This document shows positions 21,262 to 32,098 of a stretch of 64,000 bases of DNA, piece by piece; within the stretch, counting starts at the first letter, position 1, and each line of letters starts with the position of its first letter. A program made the translations under genes and the position numbers. The notes below the pieces were generated by a model. It was not told the DNA's origin, ran no database searches, and saw only the letters and a list, made by a program, of their open reading frames with translations. Source of the DNA: Histomonas meleagridis 2922-C6/04-290x (taxonomy: Eukaryota > Protista > Parabasalia); NCBI GenBank assembly GCA_020184695.1, contig JAANOX010000241.1, positions 248,001 to 312,000 of the forward strand, read 5' to 3'.

Positions 21262-21601
21262 TTTATATTGGTGGTGACACTCGCAAAAAATGAAAATATC
21301 TTGTCAAAAAAAATAGTTTTCGAATTTTGGTCTTAATAAAAAAGAACCTCGATACGGTAGAGATAATAAATTTAAATTATCAAAGGAATTTATTTTTTAT
21401 AAAATGAAATATAAAGTTAGGTTACCTGGTACTAGCTACGATCAGAATCAACTTTTTCGATTCTTTCAAAAAAACATGTTTATGTTTTTCATATATCTCC
21501 ATGTATAAAATAAATTCACATTTCGTTTCTTATAACCGCGAATATCCGACCGTTAAAAAGCAAAATTTAGGAAGTTACACACAAAATTCAATACTTAGTT
21601 A

Positions 21602-22965
21602 TTGAGTAGTTTATACGTTCAAAATGGGTCAAAATCAGCAACATCAAATCAGAAATCTCAAAACGAATGGAAAACATTTACAACGCTCAAAAACATAATC
21701 TTTGGTTTGAATATAGATAATTTTGCTCAATCATCAAATTTCATTATCAGCAAGTTTTGTAAAGAATATCCAATATCTTATGATATCATTATATTCCGAA
21801 TGATATATACATCTCTTCTGATTAATAGTAATAATTTTGATATATATTTGAGATTATTACAAGAAATTGAAAAATATGAAGAAAATAATAAGATCGACTC
21901 AAAAATAATAAATTTATTTTCTCAATTTCTACTCAAAAAAAACACACAAGAATCATTTTATTTACTTAATTACATGATTAAGTATAATTTACTTGAATCA
22001 AAAATCATTCAAAATATATATAAACCATTTTTTGTTCATATTAATCAAGATAAATCAGATGAATATAAATTTTTATTTGATCAAGAAAATATTTCTTATG
22101 AAGAACTTTCAAAGAATGATTTTGCACTTCATAAGAAATTAATTGAAGAAGGAGTTAATCCAAGAGAAATTGCAAAAATAATTCGAAATGATGAAATCGA
22201 AAAACTTCAAGAAATATCATCACAAACAAATTTTAATTTTAATCAAACAATTGAACCATCACTTTATGAAAGATGTTCATTTATTAACAATTGGAATATT
22301 ACATTAATTGATTATGCCGCATTTTTTTCTTCTGTTAAATGTTTTCAATATTTACTTGTGAATAATGCAAATGTAAATAATACAGGTAAATATGCAGTTG
22401 CAGGTGGAAATGAAGAAATCATTCATTTATGTGAACAAAATCATTCATCATTTAAAGGTGCATATGAAATAGCAATTAAATTTCATCGAAATGATGTTTT
22501 TCATTATATTTATGAAAATAAAATTGAAGAAATTAATCAATTAGATGAATTAGGAGAAAAATGTGTTTCATATTTTAATTATGAAATTTTTACATATTTA
22601 GAAAAAGAAGGAATGAAAATTAATGAAAATATCATTAATGAATCAGCAAAAATTGGAAATATTTTTCTTGTAAAATATTTCCTTAAAAATAATCAACTTC
22701 CAGAAGATATTTTAGTTTTTGCTTCATTTTCAGGAAATAGTGAACTTGTTACATATATTTTAAAGCAAAAAGGAATTGATATTAATGCTAAAGATATTTA
22801 TTTGTTTTATTTGAAATTTATTTTAATAATTTTATATTCCAAAATAATATTTGGAAATTATTTAAATTATTTTATACAGCATTTATGAAAGCATCTTATG
22901 AAGGTCATACAGAAATCGTTAAATTACTTCTTGAACAAGAAGGAATTGATATTAATGCTGATGAT
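21602..22965 (+). CDS. DUF3447/ankyrin protein, interrupted by an 80-nt spacer (22796-22875)
   Basis: NPREIAKIIRNDEIEKLQE...TIEPSLYER...LIDYAAFFSSVKCFQYL (DUF3447-type) and GIDINAKD; after the spacer an intact module TAFMKASYEGHTEIVKLLLEQEGIDINADD (22876-22965). The contiguous ORF stops at 22888 and has no in-frame ATG at the expected start. Confidence 0.75.
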
Positions 22966-23015
22966 ATTTATTTGTTTTATTTGATATTTATTTTTATAAT
23001 TTCTATTTCAAAATA

Positions 23016-24135
23016 GGGAAAAAAAATTGTAACTTTTTCCTAATTTGTTATATTATTTACTAATTTTTCATAAGGACTATCCTTAATAATCTTTTTTTTT
23101 TAAAGTATTCCGATATAATTGAAGTTAGCCAATGCCACGATTGTTATTCGAATGATAGCCTGCAATTTACTATTGTTATATTAAATGTGTTATTCGAGTT
23201 TATAACTTCTATATAGAAGATATACTCACAAAATGTATTATATTAAAGAAACATAATAGTGTTTTGAGAAAATGATCTCTTATGAAAAATCGAAATTTTA
23301 ATAAAAAACAGAGGTGCAGGCAAAAATTTTCCCACATTAGATTTTTTACCAAATTTATATGTTATGTAGGAAATGTTTTATATATACCGAAAAACACAGT
23401 CATTTTGGATTTCATCTGATAGTTTTTGAGAAAAAGTACTTTTAATATTCAGTCCCTGACAAGTAAAAATCCCCACTGGCCGAAGGAAAATACCTGTTAG
23501 ATGAATTTGTATAGTTTATTCTAAAAGTGTTATGTATTTCCATTGAATTAATTTTTACCGCCATTTTTTTTTTCCATCATGAAAAATAATTCAATTCAAA
23601 ATAATGGTAGAATAAGATTCTACATAAAGTGTGTAAATAATATTAAATAAGAGACAAAATTTGTGCGCCAATATTTTAAGCACTTTTTAGTGACCCTCTC
23701 AACAAAAATCGGGAAAATGGATTTTTATGAATTTGTGGTTAAATTGTAAAATAAATCACATATTTGGAATACATAACCATGGAGAATTCTTTTGTTATAA
23801 AATAACAGAAAATTATTCAGAATTGAAGTATTTTTTTTTAATCTACTTTTTTGAAGGATTGGAAGTGCAATTTCTTTTATTATTGAATTTTAAAATCAAC
23901 TCATGATGGCCTATCTATATTCCAAATATAATTAATAAAAGATTTACGACCTCTTGGTATCTCAAAAATGTCCATCAGATTTTTCTTGAGCCTTTGCACC
24001 GCTAATATATAGATTAATTTATGCACATATAACCCAGAAAAAGATTTTTATAAAAAAACATTTTTTAGTTAATGTTAATTGTTTCAATATTTTATAAACC
24101 CATGATCTCTTAATCCATGAAAGTGTTAGGTTGAT
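23016..24135. other. Non-coding insert between two convergent ankyrin arrays (possible non-autonomous element remnant)
   Basis: Both flanking arrays break off inside a spacer at its edges. Imperfect internal inverted sub-repeats (23414-23431 vs 23960-23980). No terminal inverted repeats or TSD found. Confidence 0.3.
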
Positions 24136-24156
24136 ATTCAAACAAAACAAATAAAT

Positions 24157-24926
24157 ATCTTTAGCATTAATATCAATTCCTTCATGCTCAAGAAGTAATT
24201 TAACGATTTCTGTATGACCATTTTCAGATGCCAAAATAAGTGCTGTTTTAAATAACTTAAATAATTTCCAAATATTATTTTGAAATATAAAATTATTAAA
24301 ATAAATTTTAAATAAAACAAATAAATCTCTTTAGCATTAATATCAATTCCTTCTTGTTCAAGAAGTAATTTAACGATTTTTGTATAACCATTTAAAGATG
24401 CTATCATAAGTGCTGTTTTAAATAACTTAAATAATTTCCAAATTTTATTTTGAAATTTTTAATTATTAAAATAAATTTTAAATAAAACAAATAAATCTCT
24501 TTAGCATTAATATCAATTCCTTCTTGTTCAAGAAGTAATTTAACGATTTTTGTATAACCATTTAAAGATGCTATCATAAGTGCTGTTTTAAATAACTTAA
24601 ATAATTTCCAAATTTTATTTTGAAATTTTTAATTATTAAAATAAATTTTAAATAAAACAAATAAATCTCTTTAGCATTAATATCAATTCCTTCTTGTTCA
24701 ACAAGTAATTTAACTATTTTCGTATGACCATTTTCAGATGTCCAAATAAGTGCTGTTTTAAATAATTTTAATAATTTCCAAATATTATTTTGAAATCCAA
24801 AATTATAAAAATAAATTTCAAATAAAACAAACAAATATCTTTAGCATTAATATCAATTCCTTCATGCTCAAGAAGTAATTTAACGATTTCTGTATGACCA
24901 TTTTGAGATGAAAATATAAGTGCTGT
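24157..24926 (-). repeat. 170-bp tandem repeat (90-nt ankyrin module + 80-nt spacer)
   Basis: The anchor TGCTGTTT recurs at 24241, 24411, 24581, 24751 and 24921, an exact 170-bp period. Confidence 0.95.
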
Positions 24927-26146
24927 TTCAAATAATTTAAATAATTTTCAAATCATATTTTGAAATTTGATAAAATTATTAAAATAAATTTCAAATAAAT
25001 ATCTTTGGCATTAATATCAATTCCTTTTTGATTTAAAACGTATTCAACAAGTTCAATATTTCCTGATCCAGCTGAAAACATCAATATATTATGCGGAATT
25101 GAATGATCTTTAAGAAAATATTCAACTAAAAAAATATTTCCAACAATTGCTGTTTCATTAATAATATTATCAATGATTTTCATTCCTTCTTTAAGTAAAA
25201 ATGAAAATATTTCATAGTTATAATCTAAAATACAAAGATTTCCTAATTCTTCTAAGTTATTAATTTCTTCTAATTTATTTTCATAAAGATAATGAAAAAT
25301 ATCATTTCGATGAAATTTAATTGCTGCTTCATATGCACCTTTAAATGATGAATGATTTTGTTCACATAAATGAATAATTTCTTCATTTCCACCTGCAACT
25401 GCTAATTTACCTGTATTTTCTACTTTTGCACCATTCATAAGTAAATATTTAAAACATTTAACTGCTGAAAAAAATGCTGCATAATCAATTAATGAAACAT
25501 TTCTTTGATTAATAAATGAACATCTTTCATAAAGTGATGGTTTAATCGTTTGATCAAAATCAAAATTTGTTTGTGATGATATTTCTTGAAGTTTTTCTAT
25601 TTCATCATTACGAATTATTTTTGCAATTTCATTTGGATTATGTCCTTCTCTAATTAATTTCTTATGTGATTCAATTTCATTTGAAAGTCCTTCATAATTT
25701 ATAAAACCATATTTCCTTAAATATTTTGCTAATTTATCTTTAGACATATAATTTGCAAAATAAATAAAATTGTTGTTTTCTACAATGTTTGGTTCAAGAA
25801 AATCACGTTCAATCATAGCTTCAAGAAGATAATATGATTCATGTGTATGCTTATTATTAAGAAATTGCCCAAATATGTCAAATATATTGGATTTGATTTT
25901 ATTGCTCTCTTCAAATGTTCTTATTTCTTTTATAATATTCAAAAACAAATCTACGTTATTATTTTTAATTACAAAGGAATAATATATCATTTGAATAATC
26001 ATTAAATCATAAGATAAAGGATGGATTTTATCAAATTTGTTGATTATTAAACCTAAAGATCTAGAGTAATTTTCTTCATTCAAACCAAAAATTGCTTGAT
26101 TTATTGAAAGAAGTGTTTCCCAGTCGCAATGTTCCTTTGGATTCAT
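24157..26146 (-). CDS. DUF3447/ankyrin protein followed by five spacer-separated ankyrin modules
   Basis: Paralogue of the 21602 gene (ATG 26146). Contiguous ORF ends at 24953 inside the first spacer. Intact 90-nt modules at 24926-24837, 24756-24667, 24586-24497, 24416-24327 and 24246-24157. Confidence 0.8.
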
Positions 26147-26439
26147 ATTTAATGGGTTCTTTGCAATTTTTATAACAAACGATGAATCTGAAAATTTGAA
26201 TTAAAACTTCAATACATTCAAAAATTAAACTTACAGATTTGGAGCACCCGAAAATTTTGCTGTAATTTGCAATTTGCTTATGGAAGAACTTCCACCTGAG
26301 CTAAGTATTAAAAAATCCACCAATTCCATATGACAGCGAAGGACAAAGTAGGTATCTTGGTATTATAGTTAAATATACAACGCCATCAAATTTGTATACT
26401 TTTTTCACTGAGCTTGCCAAAACGAATTCTAATCCTATG

Positions 26440-26900
26440 GGAGATGATAACTTTACAAAGTAATATTAGCAGTAAAAGTAATATTAACATTATTGTTATG
26501 AAAAACATTGAGTCGAAACTACTATGTAAATTAACCATTTCTAAATTATTATTCCTAGATGCTTCTTACGTAAGTGCTGTGTTAAATATTTTAATAGTTT
26601 CTAAATATTATATTCAATCGTTAAAATAAATGTAAAATTATACGAAAAATTTTCTGGCATTTAAGTGATTTAACTATACATGCACAATTTCTTCGAGCAA
26701 TAATAGCTTTTATAAGCGTTGTTTCAAATTAATTTAAATATCTCCCTAAGATTATATCTAGATAGAAATTTCTATAAATCTTCGTATACACTTTATCGTT
26801 TACGCTTAACGAATTTACTCAAATTATATTCAATTACATTCGGTTTTTTGTTTGCTTTATTAATTTTTTATGTAGATTTTAATCGTTGTATTGCGTTTAA
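26440..26900 (-). pseudogene. Decayed ankyrin-module/spacer array
   Basis: The minus strand gives TTLIKA... from 26722 and TALT*EASRNNNLEMVNL from 26580. Each is preceded by a spacer-like AT tract (GGA at 26745-26743, exactly 20 nt before ACA). Confidence 0.6.
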
Positions 26901-27247
26901 AAAAATGTATAATGACTAGTCAAAAAAATTCCGATATTTCTTTGTACAAAGTTTTATAGATGAATCATGTTTTTCTATAAATGATATTATTAAAAAAACT
27001 TTCATAACATTCATAGTTGGCAATAACTATTCAAAAAATAATTTCTTTTTCTATGTGAATGTTTTGATAATCAGAAAAAAATTGTGAAATTACCGTAGGT
27101 AGCAGAAAACCGTTTTCTATATTTTCATTCAAAATTCTCTCTCATAAATTTTGAGGTATTCAACGTATCCACTTTTTTAATCGAAAAAGGGTGGGTGTTG
27201 AATTTTGTGAGTACAGGAAGAATCAATTTCGGTTATTCTTCCAGTCG

Positions 27248-30200
27248 ATGGAAAAAGATTGGAAAAAACTAGAAGCGAGGTCTTGTGAAATTACAAATTC
27301 ATTAACCTTGTATTACCAAAACATTCAGAAACAAATATCATCAAAAGATATTAATGCAATTGCTAATTATCTTTTTCCTGTCGTATCAATAATGGCAGAT
27401 CTAATAACAAAATATGATAGTAATGATAAGCCAGACTCGAAATTTTTAAAGGCTGTAACACGTAATTTAACTGTAATTATTCAAGTAATCAAATTAAAAC
27501 AATTTTCTCAGATAAAATTATCCAACGAATACAATCAATTCTTAGATGGTATCAGGAAAATTATGAAATCTATTTCTAGGTTACGTATAAAAAAATTCGA
27601 AGATAAAGTTTGGAAAAAATCTGTTGAAATTATCTCTCTTATCACAAATGTTCCAAAAATTGGATTTTGGGAAGAGCCAGTTCGTAGTATTTTTTTGATG
27701 AAACGTACAAAAGATGATATTTGTCCAGATGTTGTATCTATTTTAACCAAAAAAGTTCATTTTTTACGCGAATACATACTCCAATCACAATCCCAAGGCA
27801 CTGCCTTTGTTTGGTGGGGGATAATTGCCAAAATTATTTTACCGATATTTATTCATGTTTATCCTTATGAAAGTTCCTGTCTTTTTCCACAATGTCCAAG
27901 TCCTATTTTCTTTGACATATCCAAGATCATTCAACATCCCAATTTCAGACAAAATTTTTTGATCAATAGTTATGCGCCTATCGAAACTCTTTCACTTATT
28001 AAGCTTCTTTTAGTGTCATTTACTGATTTCCCTGATAACGTTGATCTTAGTACAGTTCAATGGGTCTTTGATTTATTTTGTTCCAAATCGTCATTACAAA
28101 ATGAAGTTGATTCATTTTTCCAAATTCTTGGTGAAAGGTCATCAGAAAGTTTTTTCCTTGTTTTTAAGTTTTTAGCCATTTCATCGACCAAAACTGACAA
28201 CAATTCTACACAATATAATTTATTGTTTAATTTGTTATTACATATATTACCCAAATTTCCCGATTACATCAAAAATGTCTTAATGATTGTTGAAAGTGAA
28301 ATATCGAAGTTTTCGCCATTAATGTCCATATATTTATTTATACATATTACATATTATTTCAAGATATTAGACACAGGATTATGGGAATATTTCAAGACAA
28401 AGTTAACCACAATTAATATCGATTACTCACCGATATATTTAGGTTTCATATCTATAGTATCAGTATTATTTTATCCGATTTTATATCAAATATCAGGCGA
28501 TTCAGTTCATGAGCATTTAAGTGAATTATCGAGTAAACAACAACGAATTCAAAACAATTCAACAAATTGCGTAAACCAAAACGAAGTTACACAAGTTGGG
28601 TTTTTATTTAATGATCCATATGAATATGAGAATTATCTTAACGAAGAAAAGAAGAACAAAATTAACATAACAAATTTCAAGAAGAATAGTTCATTACCAA
28701 ATATAATATTAAATAGAAATGGTTGGAATTATGAACAATCAATAACATATTTAAAGTTATTACTTCAATCATATCCAATCGAAGACACATTTAAAGCGTA
28801 TAGTTTATTAATAGATAATATTAACTTCATTAATCAAATAATTCCATCGAGATTTTTATCAAATACAACGCAAATTGTACAAAACCTTTTTTATGATTTA
28901 GTTTTATCATTAAAAAGAAAACCGAATTTCGAAATTGCAAAATCTTTAAGTATATTACTTACACATGTAGTTACTAAATTCGAAAATGATTTTGTTGAGA
29001 AATATATTGAAATGTTAAACAAAATGTTATGCGGCGTAACAAGTGAAAACATTTCGGAATTGTTTTCGACATTTGTATCTTCATTAATACAATTTTCACC
29101 AACTTCTCATATATTAATACCATTTTTATCGACTAAATTATCATTAATTAAACAGAAAAACAAAATTTTAATTGAGCGAAATGAATTTTGGACTTATATA
29201 TTATCATCAATAGCAATTTGTAATTCTAATTTACAAATAAACTTATCAAAAGAATTTTTTAATGAAATGAATTCTTGGGATAATAAAGAATTAATAACAA
29301 CAACGAAGGCATTCATTGATTCTAAAAAGACTTCAACAATAATTCCAGTGTTACAAAGTATTTTACCAAAAAATAAAGAAAATAATATATCATTTAGTGT
29401 ATTCATTCCAATTTTATTTGTCGAAATTTATTCTAAAAAATCAAATGATTCATCATTATGGTTAAAAAGTGTATTCCAAAACATTATCGAAAACAATTCA
29501 ACAAGATCTTTAAATAAATTAGTTCGATCTTTCCAAGCATTCCATGAAATGTATGAATTCCTTCATAAGAAATTCGATTGGTTCTTTGATTTGTTCTTAA
29601 AAGGTTTCGAAAAAAGTATCGACTTCGATCATTTGGATTCTTCTTTTTGGATTATTTTCTTTTCATATTTCGATTTATATATGAAAAATCCGAAATTACT
29701 TACTAAATATTTGGGAGTCGTGAAAAATATTTTCCCTAAAATTCCACAAAATTTTAAAATTAAATTCATGGAAATGATTAACACATTACCTTTTTCTTTT
29801 TATGAAGAAAACCTATATGAAACGTCCCTAAGTGATCAAAGTATATTTTTGTTATTACCAAATAATACTCTTTTTACATTCGAATCAGCTCAGAACGACA
29901 CTTTTTCACTTCACTCGAGAGTTCCCAATTCACTTTTCTCGGCGAACGTTACGATGCTAAAATCTAATCCTAACAAATTTGTATTAAACCGTGAGCCAAA
30001 AATGCCACCTCACATCAAGAACACAGAGAATAAAAAGGCACCAAAATTAAACTTTGATAATAAACTTAAGGCTTATTTCCCAGATGTAAATAATGAAGAT
30101 GAAATATTTGAAGAATTACTCGAAATTGAACCATCGCCAATTGAAGACGTTAAGTTCGAATTTGAAATGTCAACTGAAAACCATTCAATTTATAATGAGA

Positions 30201-30970
30201 AGACCGTTAACCTAGCCAATTCAATCAAAGCCCTTCAAAAAGTTCCACAGTCGATAGACTTTACATTACTTTTTTATAAGATGGCAGACATCGAAAGTTG
30301 TCAAGAAACAGATGAAAGGCTTAAACGGAAATTAATTCCTGTTCTAACACATATTCCACGGGAATGTTTAAAGATAGGAATTGTGTATGTAAAACATGAT
30401 CAGTTTGATCAACAAGAAATATTATCGAACACGATTGAAGATAGTTCGCCATTATTTAATGACTTTTTATTATCACTTGGCAAATTAGTTAATCTTAGAA
30501 AGCATAATGGCTATGATGGTCTTCTTGATACTAAAAATTGTTCGACGGGTACACATTCGATATATTATAAGAACAATCGAATGGAGATAATGTTTCATGT
30601 TGCCACCATGATGCCTACGAAAGAAAATGATCCGCAAATAATTATAAAGAAAAGACACATCGGTAACGATAACGTGCAAATTGTTTGGTGCGAAAATCCG
30701 TATGGATATGATCCGTCGACAATTTCTTCGCACTTTAATGACGCGCATATCGTAATATATCCCTATGATAAGGAAACGTATAAGGTGAGCGTCTATAAGA
30801 AGAACGCCGAATGGTTAATCTTCCCATTGCCAAAGTGCACAATAATGACAGCAGAGCCATTGAGCGCTTTGGTAAGATGTACTGCAATTGTCGCAGATAG
30901 AGTGGTGAGAGATAAAATCGAAATGCCACTTCTGACGTATAATAATTTGTATGAGCAAATATTACAATGA
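27248..30970 (+). CDS. Rap/Ran-GAP domain protein (RalGAP-alpha/tuberin-like)
   Basis: C-terminal RapGAP domain: KIGIVYV...FLLSLG...GYDGLLD...GTHSIYY...EIMFHVATMMP...KKRHIGNDNVQIVW. First ATG at 27248. Confidence 0.88.
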   Translation: MEKDWKKLEARSCEITNSLTLYYQNIQKQISSKDINAIANYLFPVVSIMADLITKYDSNDKPDSKFLKAVTRNLTVIIQVIKLKQFSQIKLSNEYNQFLDGIRKIMKSISRLRIKKFEDKVWKKSVEIISLITNVPKIGFWEEPVRSIFLMKRTKDDICPDVVSILTKKVHFLREYILQSQSQGTAFVWWGIIAKIILPIFIHVYPYESSCLFPQCPSPIFFDISKIIQHPNFRQNFLINSYAPIETLSLIKLLLVSFTDFPDNVDLSTVQWVFDLFCSKSSLQNEVDSFFQILGERSSESFFLVFKFLAISSTKTDNNSTQYNLLFNLLLHILPKFPDYIKNVLMIVESEISKFSPLMSIYLFIHITYYFKILDTGLWEYFKTKLTTINIDYSPIYLGFISIVSVLFYPILYQISGDSVHEHLSELSSKQQRIQNNSTNCVNQNEVTQVGFLFNDPYEYENYLNEEKKNKINITNFKKNSSLPNIILNRNGWNYEQSITYLKLLLQSYPIEDTFKAYSLLIDNINFINQIIPSRFLSNTTQIVQNLFYDLVLSLKRKPNFEIAKSLSILLTHVVTKFENDFVEKYIEMLNKMLCGVTSENISELFSTFVSSLIQFSPTSHILIPFLSTKLSLIKQKNKILIERNEFWTYILSSIAICNSNLQINLSKEFFNEMNSWDNKELITTTKAFIDSKKTSTIIPVLQSILPKNKENNISFSVFIPILFVEIYSKKSNDSSLWLKSVFQNIIENNSTRSLNKLVRSFQAFHEMYEFLHKKFDWFFDLFLKGFEKSIDFDHLDSSFWIIFFSYFDLYMKNPKLLTKYLGVVKNIFPKIPQNFKIKFMEMINTLPFSFYEENLYETSLSDQSIFLLLPNNTLFTFESAQNDTFSLHSRVPNSLFSANVTMLKSNPNKFVLNREPKMPPHIKNTENKKAPKLNFDNKLKAYFPDVNNEDEIFEELLEIEPSPIEDVKFEFEMSTENHSIYNEKTVNLANSIKALQKVPQSIDFTLLFYKMADIESCQETDERLKRKLIPVLTHIPRECLKIGIVYVKHDQFDQQEILSNTIEDSSPLFNDFLLSLGKLVNLRKHNGYDGLLDTKNCSTGTHSIYYKNNRMEIMFHVATMMPTKENDPQIIIKKRHIGNDNVQIVWCENPYGYDPSTISSHFNDAHIVIYPYDKETYKVSVYKKNAEWLIFPLPKCTIMTAEPLSALVRCTAIVADRVVRDKIEMPLLTYNNLYEQILQ

Positions 30971-31534
30971 TTTCAATAAAAAAATGTGTGAAAAAATATT
31001 TTTTCGAAAAATTCCGCAATGGTTTAAGCCATGTTCACATGTCTTTTAATGAATTCATTCGTATATTTTTTGGATAGTTTTAACAAAGAAAACATAATAT
31101 ATAATATCTTTAAAATCATTTATATTAAAATATCGTATAACGCGCAAAAATAAAAAATTGTGAATATTTTAAAATAATAATGTTCAGTTTTTAAAAGTCT
31201 TTTTTCTTGCTTTCACTCCTCTTTTTTAATGAGCAGTATACCAAATATTATCATTTTCTTATGATTAAATATTGCTTTTTGACTTAATGATTACATCAAA
31301 GTTGTTACATGTTTAAAACATCAGAGAATTCCACATTTTTAGATTTAACAATATGGTTATCATTATTACAGAAATATAATTGTCATATTAAAATTTCTAT
31401 ACTACAATAAAAATTGAAAGTATTAGTATAAGAGCATAAACACTGGAAAAAATTATATGCTAAATTAATTTAAAATATGAATAATATAATATTTCTTAAA
31501 TAAAATTTTAATAAACATATGTTAGAGTTGTGGA

Positions 31535-32098
31535 TTATTGCTCCATTGGTGATACAACATTTTTGGGCTTAATGTGCTGAAGAAGCCAGTCTCTTCCAGG
31601 AATTATTCCCTCGCCTGTTTGGGCACTACATTCTTTAATGGTATAATCAATTCCAGAACCATTTACCTTCGTAATTGAGCTAATATCATCGATGTTCAGA
31701 GGTGAATCAATGTCTGTTTTGTTCACTAATATTAAAAGTGGAATTCCCAATTGTTTGCATTGAGTAATAACTTCTGCAATTTCTTCTCTTACACAACTCA
31801 TTCTATTTTTATCAGATCTATCAATAACGAAAACAACACCATCACTTTCATTAATAAAATAAGACCATTGACTACGATAACGACCAAACCCACCACAATC
31901 ATAAATTCGGAATACAGAAGCCCCTAAGGATTGCTCTTGGAAATCAACTGCTGCTGTTGGGATTGGAATAAATTTTTCTGAACTATCATGAGTCATCATT
32001 TGATTTGCAATCGAAGATTTCCCTGATCCATCTAGACCAACAATTGCAATTGTTCTAATAGAATTTGTTTCTGTATCAATTGATACTTGGCATCCCAT
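31535..32098 (-). CDS. Arf-like small GTPase (ARL6-like)
   Basis: MG myristoylation start, GLDGSGKS, DCGG, NKTD, CSA motifs; GRYRSQW resembles ARL6 GRYRNLW. Confidence 0.85.
   Translation of the reverse strand: MGCQVSIDTETNSIRTIAIVGLDGSGKSSIANQMMTHDSSEKFIPIPTAAVDFQEQSLGASVFRIYDCGGFGRYRSQWSYFINESDGVVFVIDRSDKNRMSCVREEIAEVITQCKQLGIPLLILVNKTDIDSPLNIDDISSITKVNGSGIDYTIKECSAQTGEGIIPGRDWLLQHIKPKNVVSPMEQ

Noticed and set aside
22861-22867. -1 ribosomal frameshift at the slippery heptamer T TTA AAT as the general spacer mechanism
   Set aside because: It would work for some spacers, but the 74-nt spacer has stops in both relevant frames (24955-24953 and 24950-24948). It would also insert about 27 hydrophobic residues per repeat, and such heptamers are common in AT-rich DNA.
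24157-24926. CRISPR array interpretation of the 170-bp periodicity
   Set aside because: The units are ankyrin coding modules plus homologous, not unique, spacers.
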